Assembly (NCBI GenBank): GCA_028023455.1
Contig: JAQFVV010000001.1
Span: forward strand, 9,362,001 to 9,426,000
DNA length: 64,000 nt
Direction of reading: 5' to 3'
DNA from: Epiperipatus broadwayi
Lineage: Eukaryota > Animalia > Onychophora
Part shown: piece after piece, positions 40,301-50,934 of the stretch
Layout of the letters: each line of letters opens with the position of its first letter
Position numbering within the stretch: the stretch's first letter is position 1
Made by a program: the position numbers and the translations under genes
The notes under the pieces: model-generated
What the model was told of the DNA's origin: nothing
The model's input: only the letters and a program-made list of their open reading frames with translations
The model's database searches: none

Positions 40301-40372
40301 GCAATCCTGTTGACATTTATATATCAATGTAAATAATAAGTTCATGTATAAAACATTATTTTAATAAAAAAA
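34325..40372 (+). mobile_element. Near full-length, decayed L1/Tx1-type non-LTR retrotransposon (ORF1 with zinc knuckle; ORF2 APE-RT)
   Basis: ORF1 remnant has YFHCRERTHLAKTC (CX2CX4HX4C with the first C mutated, ~36207) and CQNC. The endonuclease has IVWLSET, SGVAFLI, LIGDFN and FSDH. The RT has PISMAPLLIK, QGSSPSALYF and SYVDD, followed by L1-family LSLPGKVKLLNTLIFP and ELGSLGL. It ends in an A-rich tail (AATAAAAAAAA). The 5' boundary is approximate. Confidence 0.88.
35508..35978 (+). repeat. 235-bp tandem duplication inside the Tx1-type ORF1
   Basis: 35508-35742 is repeated at 35743-35977 with two substitutions seen (GAATTC/GAACTC, CACCAC/CATCAC). Confidence 0.95.
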
Positions 40373-40512
40373 ATTGCAATAATTAACATTTTAATCAATT
40401 TAAACAATCTTAATTTTAAAAATAGAGAAAAAAATTACTTTAGTTTTTTTTTCATTTAAACATTTAATACCAAAATCACACTTTTCTTTATTTTGCTGTA
40501 ATATCCTATAAA

Positions 40513-43290
40513 TACAATTTATCTAAACCACTTCAAACACTTTTTAGCAAAACTCTTTATTTGTACATATATACATACACCTATGTTTCGACTGAACTGC
40601 AATCTTCTTCAGAGCTATGAGATAATGAATAAAATAAAATAAAATACATAACTATATAATAATACCATAAAAATGTAAACAATAAAAATTTGGAGCAAAT
40701 AGATACACATATGTATTTGAAATTATACATTTAAATTCAAGAATGACAATGGAACAAATAGAAAGTACTACGAATTTGTGAGATTATTTAAAAGGAAAAA
40801 AAAGAATAGAAGAAGTAAATTTAATGAATGCGTGATGGAATAGTATAATAAAATTATATTAAAATAATAATAATATAAAATACCTAAAAAATGTAATGAT
40901 AATAATATAATACCTAAATTCATTAAAATGGAGAAATTAAGAAAAAAAAACTAAATAATAATGAAATATTTATAAAGAAGATGGAAAAGAATGTCTTAAA
41001 GAAGTACATTAGAAGTTTTATAAAAAGAAAAAAAAACATTTATATAAGAAAATAAATAATATAGAATTCATATTGAGGGATAAAATAACAAAAGATGAAG
41101 AAAATGAGAGAGCAAATGAGAGACATGTTAAAAATGTAAAATATTGGTGGAAAAACAAAAAATAAAACAGTGCATTATAACAGATGACAAAATGAAGAAT
41201 ATACAGAATCTTTCCAAGATAGACTTTACAAAAAAGGAAAAATATATATTGAATAAAGGAATTAAATGTGTCAATTGGAAATGACATTAAGAAGGATGTG
41301 ATAGAAAAAGAAGCAACAATGGAAATATAGCACAATATTTTGTAGAAGAAAAATATGGAGTTCATTATTATGATGACAAAGATATTACAAAATTGATACA
41401 TAATGAAAAGGAAATATTGTTTGATGAATTTAAAAAAGAAATAAATAATTTGATATATAAAATAAAAAATAATAAATTTGAAATAGAAGTACGGGGAATG
41501 TAAAGAAGAACAAAGAATTAATAGGGAAGGAAGAAGTGAAAGATGAAATCTAAGTATGAAAAGTCAGATAAAGGGAATAAATTAGTGATATTAGATAAAA
41601 TGATTATTTAGAAAAAATAAAGGTTATGCTGAATGATAAGGGATTTGAAAAAGTTAAGCAGAATGACAGTGACTTAAAAAATAGAAAAATATATACATTA
41701 ATTAAACATATTTATAAAGAGGTTTAATAAACAGGTCAACATTTAAGAAAATAAGGAGTAAAGAATGTAGAACAGCAAAAATATAAAAGGCTTCAAAAAT
41801 TAACAAAAAATATATAACTAAGGTCAATTATTCATTGAAAGGGATCTTACTTGGACAAAGTTTCAAAATGGTTATCAAGTGAAATTTTTAAAAAATATGC
41901 TAAAGAGTATAAAAATTCCAACATTAAAAATAATAAAATTTTAATAGATGAAATTAATGACATATTTAAAAAATATGAATACAGAAATTTAACATTTATA
42001 AAAATGGACAGTATTTCTATGAAAACTAATTTAAATATAGGAAAAGCAATAAATTTAGCTATAGAAAAATATATTAAGGTTAAAAAAAATTACCTGTTCA
42101 TATTTTGGTAGATTTAATGGAATTATCTTGTAGGAATGTAACTTTTGAATATAATAGGGAATTTTATGAGCAAAGAGAAGGATTGTTAATGGAAGGAGCT
42201 CTAAGTGCAATTTTAAGCAATATTTATATGAATGAGTTTGATAAAAATATAACAGAAAATAAAAATGCTCCTTTGTTTTTTAACAGATATGTAGATGATT
42301 ATTTAATGATTTTTAATAAAAGTCAAAGACAAATAAGCTGGTTTATTAATGATATTAATAAAATGGAAAAAAATACAAAGTTTACAGTTGAGAAGGAAGA
42401 AAATAATGAAATTGCATATCTAGATATAATGTTTCAAAAGAAATTGATAGAAAAAAAATGGTGTATTCAGACAATATTTATAAGAAAAACATTATTGGTA
42501 AAAAAATAACAAGTTGGTTTTCCAACATTGATAGGAAATATAAAATTAGTTGTATATATTCAATAATATATAGGGCTACTTTGTATTGTTCAAGGAAAGA
42601 AGACTATATTAAACAAAAAGATTTAATAATCAATGAGTTTAAAATGAGTGACTTCCCTGTACATATAATTAAAAGAAGTATTGAAAAAATAGAGTATAAA
42701 ATAAATAAAAATGAAAAGAGTGAAAGAAAAAAGAAAGTGAAAATAGATATATAGAAATAAAAACAAATAATAATATTATAGTAAATTTAACAAAATTATA
42801 AAGAAGATTAATACAAATTGCAAAAGAATAATTATTACTGCAAAAATATTTAATAAAAAAAGAGAAAATCTATTAAATTTAATAGATAACAAATACTTAG
42901 GATATAATAAAGATAATAAAGAAATAATTAATGGAGTATATGTGATAAAATGCAAATAATGTCTAGATAGTGGGATTGATAACACATATGTGAGAGAAAC
43001 ATATATATAAAGAATAAAATGACGTATGTCAGATAATAAATCACTAATATATATACACATGAAATAGACAGGACACAAATTTACAAAACTTCAATAAAAG
43101 TGAGGTTACATACAAAAAATATTAAAGAAAGAAAAATAAAAAAAGATATATTAATAAGAAAGATAAAACAAAAATTTAATAAAGATTCTGGGAGTAGGAA
43201 GAGATTGATATATAGTTATTAAATAAGATATATAAAGATAAATATATAAAAAAAAATTGTTTATAAGTGAATTGTGGGTTGTAAAAAATG
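40513..43290 (+). mobile_element. Decayed Penelope-like element (RT + GIY-YIG endonuclease) with an inverted 5' terminal repeat
   Basis: RT motifs QREGLLMEGALSAILSNIYM, RYVDDYLMIF and KFTVEKEENNEIAYLDI. GIY-YIG remnant GVYVIKCK*C...TYVRET...HMK*TGHKF...NKDSG (~42940-43190). Antisense hammerhead-containing repeat at 40513-40685. Confidence 0.9.
40578..40616 (-). ncRNA. Minimal type I hammerhead ribozyme motif (PLE-associated), partly degenerate
   Basis: The minus strand reads AGCT-CTGAAGA-A-GATTG-CAGTT-CAGTC-GAAA-CATA-GGTG. The core and stem II (with one G-U pair) are intact; stems I and III are short and imperfect. Confidence 0.7.
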
Positions 43291-43609
43291 GTTAAGTTAA
43301 ATAGGAATATAAACATTGAAACAGTAAGATTCGTATTCGAATCTTAAGTTTCACCTTTTTCTGTCGTCTCTCACTGACCGGTCTATCCCGCCCAAATTTA
43401 AACTTTTTGATATCGAATTGTGTGTGTAACAATATTAAAAATGTATAAATATATGTAGAATTCAGCATAAACACGCACACATTTCGATCTCAAATTAAAC
43501 GCAATAAATAGGGATAAAATAATATAATTTAGATTTCTTTTAGTTATATAATTTTGTATAATTTTAATCATTTATTTTGGATTATAAAGTTCGTATTTAT
43601 TGCTTTGTT

Positions 43610-44030
43610 TAATTTTTAAAAAATTTTTTTCAATAAAACAAAAATAAAAAAAAAAAAAAAACCCCCTTTTTTAACCCCAAAAAACTTTTTTTTTTTTTCC
43701 AAAATACAAAAAAAAATAAAAAATTTTTTTCCCCCAAAAATAAAGAAACACCTAATTATTCTCCATTGGGATACCCCACCAGATGATAACTTTCCATTCC
43801 CCATAATAAATTCACCATAAAGATCTGCTGCCTAAAAAAAAAAAAATTTTGTTTTAAAAATAAAAAATATCTAAAAAAAAAAAAAATTCCCCCCCTGAAA
43901 ATTTTTCTTCTAAAATAATAGAAGGAGGAGTTTTTAAAAAAACCCTGTGTTTTAAAAACTTTAAAATCCCAAAAAAATCTATACCCTTCTCCATATAATT
44001 TTTCAAAATTGAAAAATAAAAACCACCCAT
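43610..44030. other. Homopolymer-smeared, probably low-quality sequence (gap-fill-like)
   Basis: Dense runs of A, T and C (e.g. AAAAACCCCCTTTTTTAACCCC) unlike the rest of the window. Confidence 0.65.
43752..43831 (-). CDS. Candidate coding exon (AADLYGEFIMGNGKLSSGGVSQWRII), product unknown
   Basis: 80 nt between a (T)nAG acceptor and GT, open and protein-like. A GTAAG donor lies upstream at 44086. The flanks are low quality. Confidence 0.45.
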
Positions 44031-44269
44031 TTGTAAACTAAATTGATTTAATGTAATGTGTAAATTTCTCTACTAATCTAGCTTACCTCACTCTGTCTGG
44101 GGTGCGTATTTCTATAATCTACATTTTATCTGTAGTTATTCTTTAATTATTGCATGCTCATAATTGTCTCAAATTTCAAAGTTTAAATCTATGATCGCTT
44201 AAAACTATGAATGCGTGTCAAATTTTCATTAATATTTACTTTCTTTAATAACTTAACTTTCATATAAAT

Positions 44270-45610
44270 CGACACGCATTCAATGCTTCATTTATTGTAA
44301 TGCAGGGTCTACTAGTTCGCAAATGGCTGACGTATTAGTTGTAATAACTCCCAGTTTATATATATTTTGTATTTATTGAATCTAATGAATAATTCCAGAA
44401 ATTACATTTCTTTGAGAGTCACCAACGTTCTTTAGTAAATGTTGATAATGTAGGGCCGAATTAGAAATCTATTTCAATCTCATCCTAATCGTTTGTACAT
44501 TATACATGTGTTACGTTTTAGAGACGCTATGACCCATTCCGCCGTGAAATTTCCGGATTCTTCAGGGTTGAAATTAACCCCAGTCGTCCTACACAAGCGG
44601 GCATAATGGGTGCTCCCGTAGGACTTGACAATGTCATGCAGCCAGCCGGCAAAACTGCGACACGAACCGCTTGTCCCTGGTTATGCTTATGTGACACCTT
44701 ACTTCGTCGGGCCGATGGCAGAGACCAGCCGATACTCTTATAAATCCATTCGCGGCATTGCAGTTTCAATATACTGCCACTCCATATCGCCTTTCTAAAG
44801 CGTACCACGCGTTCCTTTGCTCAATTCTATTATTCTATATATCACTCCGCCTCTGCATTATCTTCGTAATTCACTCTCAAATAAATGTTGCCCTTAGTCA
44901 TAAAATAAATAGTTTAATTAAATAAATATATGTCCGCTGCTACTCTTAAATCTTAGTTTAGACTCTTGCATTGCAAAGGTATAAATTCCCCAAGGCATGC
45001 ATTAGAAATACTTACTCGAGAATTTTAGGTAGCTAGATTACGCTTTCAAATAAATGTATTCCTTTTGTAAACATTACAGTATCGGAAATACCGCTACTGA
45101 AATCCTCAATATAAAATAATGTCTAAATAAATAAATGTACTCTTTAAAATATAATCATGTCGCAAATTCTGCTACTGAAGCTTTCAATCCCTAAAATATT
45201 ATTAGTCAATGTTTTATTAAAATGTATTAATAAATAATTTTAAACTAAATATCTGCAGTTACGTTTCATTTGTTCGATACCCATTCTATATAATATTTCC
45301 TCGATTATGTAAATATGAATGTTTAATTAATATTAGTTTGATTATTGGCTAGCTCGAGAATAAAATCATGAATCTCTTGCATCTCCCTGACCACCGTGCC
45401 TAAGGAAATATTTACTAATGTCACATCAGATGCATTGTTTCATGGATTGTATTGTGGAACCGATAAACTATGTTCGAACTCAGTACCACGGGTGGCTTCG
45501 CTACTCGATGGTGCTGCTGTTCTGTATGGTGGTCGAATTCTGCACTATGTTTTCGAGTCACACGTTTTCCGACCGTTACAACATGGCTATATTTACAGAT
45601 ATAGCATATT
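44270..45610. promoter_or_regulatory. GC/CpG-rich island (possible promoter or 5' exons)
   Basis: 44520-44830 and 45380-45600 are the most GC- and CpG-rich non-TE stretches in the window. The short ORFs there are not recognised. Confidence 0.45.
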
Positions 45611-46511
45611 AAAAATAAATAAAAAAACCAGCATAATATTTACATATAAAGCAGTATAATATAAATTTATGAGAATTATATAATAATATTAAAAGTTAAA
45701 GTGTATAAAATAATATATATATATAAATAAATAAAGAGTTGTAGGGAATATATATGGGTTAAATAATATATAATAGAAGGAGATATGATATAAGATAACT
45801 TTTTGAAAAAAAATAATTTTTTTATGAAATTAAATTAAACTGGATAAGTTCAAAGATTATAATGTTTATAGGTTTTATATATTAAAAAATAATAATAAAT
45901 ATAAAATATTATTTTTAACAGAAAGAATATTAGGTAATAACCATAAAATTTAAATTTAAAAAGAATAGAAATAATTAGGAGATTGTTAATAATAATAAAA
46001 ATAGATAATATATTTAGATTAATAATTCTTCTTGAATATATATATGTATACGGTTAGGAGTACACATGTATAATTTATATTTATTTCTGTTTATCTTGTA
46101 TATTTTATTTTATACTAACAGGATTATTTTATTTGGGTTTGTTTATTTCAGTTTTAGGTGCTTGTCTTATAGATAAAGACGCCATTCGATGGTGCCGTTT
46201 TCACGCTAAAACTATAAAATATGAACATTCCTGGGCCATTGATTTTAATCATTTTGATGTGTTTTTTTGTAATGCAAAAATAAAAACAAAACAAAATCAT
46301 CTTTTTTAAATATTATATTTTATTAACATATACAAATTAAATGATAATAATACATGTAAAATAAAATAAACAAATTACAATTTGATTTGTGTTTTTTATT
46401 TTGCTTTATTAGAAAAATCAATTTTCTATTGCAGATTTTTTTTACTGGGGTTACGGCTTTATCGCTATTTTTACTTCATATAGAATGACAACAAAAAGTA
46501 AAAGTTGTTAC

Positions 46512-46631
46512 GGTTAGGTTTAGGGTTAGTTTTAGGGTTAGGTTTAGGGTTAGTTTTAAGGATAGGTTTAGGGTTCATTTTAGGGTTAGTTTTAGGGTTA
46601 GATTTAGGATTAGTTTTAGGTTTAGGTTTAG
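46512..46631 (+). repeat. Interstitial telomere-like minisatellite, ~12-bp unit (TTAGGG-TTAG[G/T]T)
   Basis: GGTTAGGTTTAGGGTTAGTTTTAGGGTTAGGTTTAGGG..., about ten degenerate units. Confidence 0.85.
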
Positions 46632-47252
46632 TGTTCTGTTGTTTGTAATGCTAAAATAAAAACTATCAAAATCGTATTTTTGTAAATATTTTTTTTTAGT
46701 AACATCTATAAAATAAATGATAACAATAAACGTAAACTATATTCAACAAAGTATAACCATAGTCAGAGAAAAGAAAGAAACTAAAACTTTTTTAAACAAC
46801 AACAAAAATGTCTTCTTTACTTATTAATCATGTTTATAATATATGCTTTTTATGAAATTTATAAAAAAAACAGTACAAAATTGTACTTTTCTTAGTGGAT
46901 ATTTTTGTGTTACCACTATTTTTTTACTTCAAAAATATACACATGGAAAAATCTTGTTTGTCTCGTGGAATGTTACGAACAGTGAACAGTACATTAGTTG
47001 AAGCGTTACCTAATTCCAACTCACTTTACACATATATCTTGTCAACATTTTCCCAATTAAAACTTCAATACAGTATGGTGTAAAAAGTCTTATAATTATT
47101 ACTTTACAAAATCTTAACATTTCAATAATTTAAAATAATAAAAAATCCAATGAAAACAACATTTCCATCCAATTCAAAAAAACACACCCTCTCAACACAC
47201 CATAACTAATAAGCATCACATGATCACCATCTCTTATACTAGCACATAATTG

Positions 47253-47383
47253 TTTATAAATAAGGCAAAACTCTCCATATAGTAGTGCCACCCTGTGCCA
47301 AACAGTGCCTTTTGGCACCCATTGATTATTCTGGTTGGCACAGGATGGCACTACTATATGAAGAGTTTTGCCTTATTTATAAA
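47253..47383. mobile_element. Palindromic MITE, possibly hAT-type (TSD TTTATAAA, TIR TAAGGCAAAACTCT...)
   Basis: 47253-47301 and 47335-47383 are reverse complements with 2 mismatches in 49 bp. The outer 8 bp are the self-palindromic TTTATAAA. Confidence 0.8.
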
Positions 47384-47673
47384 GCTGTAACTATTTTATA
47401 AACTGTGCAAATTTGGAAAATGTATTTGCTGTGATGCAACATACATGTTGTACTGCAACACAACATTGCAGCCTGCAATCTGTAGCACAACAAAAAAGTT
47501 GTATTTCAGAAAATGTGGGTTCTGAATGTGTCAGCTGTGGTAAATGGCATTTTTATGTGTTTTAGTCCCAAAATGGGGCTGTAGAGCGGTATCTTTAGCT
47601 ATAAGACTAGTACCCAGTTTTATTAGTTTTTATTAGTTTTTTTTATAAATTTTAGTTTTTAATTTTTTAAATA

Positions 47674-47847
47674 TTATTGTTTACATTTTTTATGGTATTA
47701 TTATGTAGTTATGTATTTTATTTTATTTTGTTCATTATATCATAGTTCTGAAGAAGACTGCAGGACAGTCGAAATATAAGTGTATGTATATATGTACAAA
47801 TAAAGAGTTTTGCTAAAAAGTGTTCCAAGTGGTTTGGATAAATTGTA
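47674..47847 (+). repeat. Second, inverted copy of the Penelope terminal repeat (40513-40685)
   Basis: Manual alignment to the reverse complement of 40513-40685 gives about 12 substitutions and 1 indel in 173 bp. Confidence 0.92.
47744..47782 (+). ncRNA. Minimal type I hammerhead ribozyme motif (PLE-associated)
   Basis: AGTT-CTGAAGA-A-GACTG-CAGGA-CAGTC-GAAA-TATA-AGTG: intact core, perfect stem II, palindromic ATAT at stem III. Confidence 0.72.
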
Positions 47848-49393
47848 AATATTTAATAACAAAAAATGAAAAGTATGTTTTATTTCTTTTAATATTGAAA
47901 TATAATTTTGAATATGTTTTACCCTTTTATTTCTTAAAATTACCATGTATTAATTATTTTTAATGCACACATATACATATACAAAGATACTTATATCAGA
48001 ATGCCATATCTTTTTTTAGTGAGGAAGAGGGGGTGTTTGTGATGGAGAATGTCGTGGTTGTGACTTCTTAATATGGCATTCTGCCATTGCAAACACCTTC
48101 CCCAACATTGGAGAAAGGTACAACATTCTGCTGTTGAAAACATGGGAAACAGTTTTAATATATAAGTACCTATATAAATATATGTTAAATATATTTATTA
48201 ATGCTGTTAAACTACTATTTTTTAATTAATTTAAGTTTGCTTTGATTTTATACTGACAACTGTAATTATTCTAATCTTCAACTGGTATTCCTACCTATGT
48301 CTTGTGCCTTGACAAAGAAAACAATATTTCAATAATTTGAAATTTCCCAAGAGCTTTGAAACCTAACATCAAAAATGCAGTAATACTTAAAACTGATGAT
48401 CTATGAAACTTTTACTATAAATTCTCATTAGTGAGATGTAAATTATGCTTTATTCATGGAATGATTCATTAGTAAATAAAGAGTTAATACCATTTTTATT
48501 TATTTGCAATATTAAACATCATAAATTGGAATCATTTGAAACATATAATATTTCTAGTAAAATAAAGCTATTTATACAGTGCATTTCAAATTTTGCATAT
48601 TTAATTATTTATATTTTTAATTAAAATATTATGTGGTTAATTTGATTTGGCATATAATTGAAAGAAAAAAGAAAATTGAAGTGAACTGCAGAGGTTGTTA
48701 AAGAAGTTGCTAAAAGCAATATATCAGTACTTACATTTATAATAGCAGTTTCTATAGTGGCAATATTTTACCCAATTGTAAAGAAATAAATTTAGGACTT
48801 ACAAAGTATAATTTCCATTTTGTTAGCTAGTTGTTACATAAATAAATATTACTATCTTGCTGCTACATTAATATTACTATATAAAATTATTTCAAATTTA
48901 GAAGACCATTGAATAGTATAATTTTAATTTATATTTCTAGCTATTCTTATTTTATCTCATATTTATCATTCAATCTTTTATTTTAAATATTTTATATATA
49001 TTTCAAATTTTTTTCACAAATTCAGTTTTTCAAAAATCCAATGACATGTATTTTATTTAAAAAAGAAATTATATATATTTTTCTGAATACAAGTATTTTT
49101 CTTTTATAATCCTATTTGAAATATCAACACTATTACATTGCAATTATTTATATAGTTTCTTATTACAAATAATATGTTTTTTTCTGATTAAATTGCAAGA
49201 AATTATAAAAATGTTGTTCACTTTACATTTCTTTAAGAAAGTCAAATAAAACTTGATTTTTTCAATCTTTATAGTTGTTTAATGCTGTTGAAATAATCTC
49301 TTTTTATTTATGTTTTATATTTGCAATATATTTTTCCACATATGATCTATAGGATAGTTTTATAATTTTTAAAACATTTTATGGTATAAGAAC

Positions 49394-49435
49394 ACACACA
49401 CACAATATATATATATATATATATTGTGTGTGTGT
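49394..49435. repeat. (AC)n-(TA)n-(GT)n palindrome
   Basis: ACACACACACAA-(TA)n-TTGTGTGTGTGT. Confidence 0.8.
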
Positions 49436-49443
49436 ATATATAG

Positions 49444-49475
<32 letters not shown>

Positions 49476-50934
49476 ACATTGATCAATGCTACTTATATTT
49501 GTTTTTGAAATTCAAAATATTTTTATATACAGACTTTTGAATATATGTAATTAAATATTTTTAATTTTAATAACATTCCTAAATAAACAATGAATAAATA
49601 TAGGTCATTGACAATATATATATATATATATATATATATTAATCTTGAATATTATATATTTATATATCAAATATTTATAAAGTAATCTTCAAATGTGTGT
49701 GTCATAATAATTCTTTACAATTCAGATTTTCTAGTCACATAACTAAACTTGTTAGTAAAATTTTTCCTATCAAGGTAATCTATGAATTAAGCAAAAAATG
49801 AATATACTTTTATATGATCTTTGAGTTCTTATTTATTAATTCTATTATTTCATAGGCTGAAATGTTTTACCAAAAGTGATTTTGTTTAACCAGCCAACAT
49901 TTTCAGATAACAATGCATATATAAATTCTACTGTTTTAACAATATTAGAAATAAATAATAATACAATTTTGTACAACTGTAATCTAATAAGTTTACTCCT
50001 AATGTAGCATTTCAATTCTATGAAATATCAATGGCTGACCATCTATCCATACAAAAACATAAAGCTCAGATAAAAGAAACTTTAATTGTTGTTAGACTAA
50101 TAGATTACACTGATATGTGAGGCATGATTAAAAAGTTTAAAAAATGTTTCTAGAAAGATTATTTTGGTAAACAATTATGACCATATGCATATTTAAAGAC
50201 TACTATTTCATAAACGTTATTACAATTGAAATAGTATGTTCTGTATTTATGGTTAATTAATTTTCTTTGTGGAAAAAAATATTATTTAACATAACCAAGA
50301 TTTTTTTAAAATAACAGTTAAAAAATAAAAAAGATTAGGAAAGGAAGAGTCTATTTTTAAAACAAAAAACACTAACACATTCCCAGAAATAATTTTTGAA
50401 ATTCTTAACTTATTACAAATTATTAAGTTGAAAATTTTTTCTAATTATTTGTTTGAGATATTTTGTGAATATATTTGAAAAAAGAAAAAAAATTTTGTTA
50501 AATCCTGTATTAAAAAAAAAAAAATAGAATTAGGTATTATTATTAGGTAGTTTTCAGAGATTTTCAAATTTTTCTGTGTTTATAATTTATTTCATTCTTG
50601 AACTGAACATTTTTTTACTGTGTATATAATTAAATGATAAAAATTTAAAAGGAATTCTACACCTAAAATTTCAATCACTATATACTTGATTAAAATAGCC
50701 AATTTTCGTTTGAAGTTATTTCATTTAACAAATGTATTTGTCTAAAATACTTAGTCAAAAGTGAATTCACTTTTAATTTTTTATCTTAGTTTATATTAAG
50801 ATCATAAACAGAACAATAATATTCTGTATGTTTGAATCTTAAAATATAACAACTTTATAAATATTCTTCCAATTAAATAAAGCTCTTCTATAAGTTTCTA
50901 GTAGAAGTTTATACAAGTTTTTATAGATTTAAAT

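Noticed and set aside
46512-46631. True telomere or chromosome-fusion scar
   Set aside because: The array is short, degenerate, in a single orientation and internal, with an alternating 12-bp unit.
47999-48084. 12-bp inverted repeat AGAATGCCATAT / ATATGGCATTCT
   Set aside because: Too short to classify; no TSD or second copy was seen.
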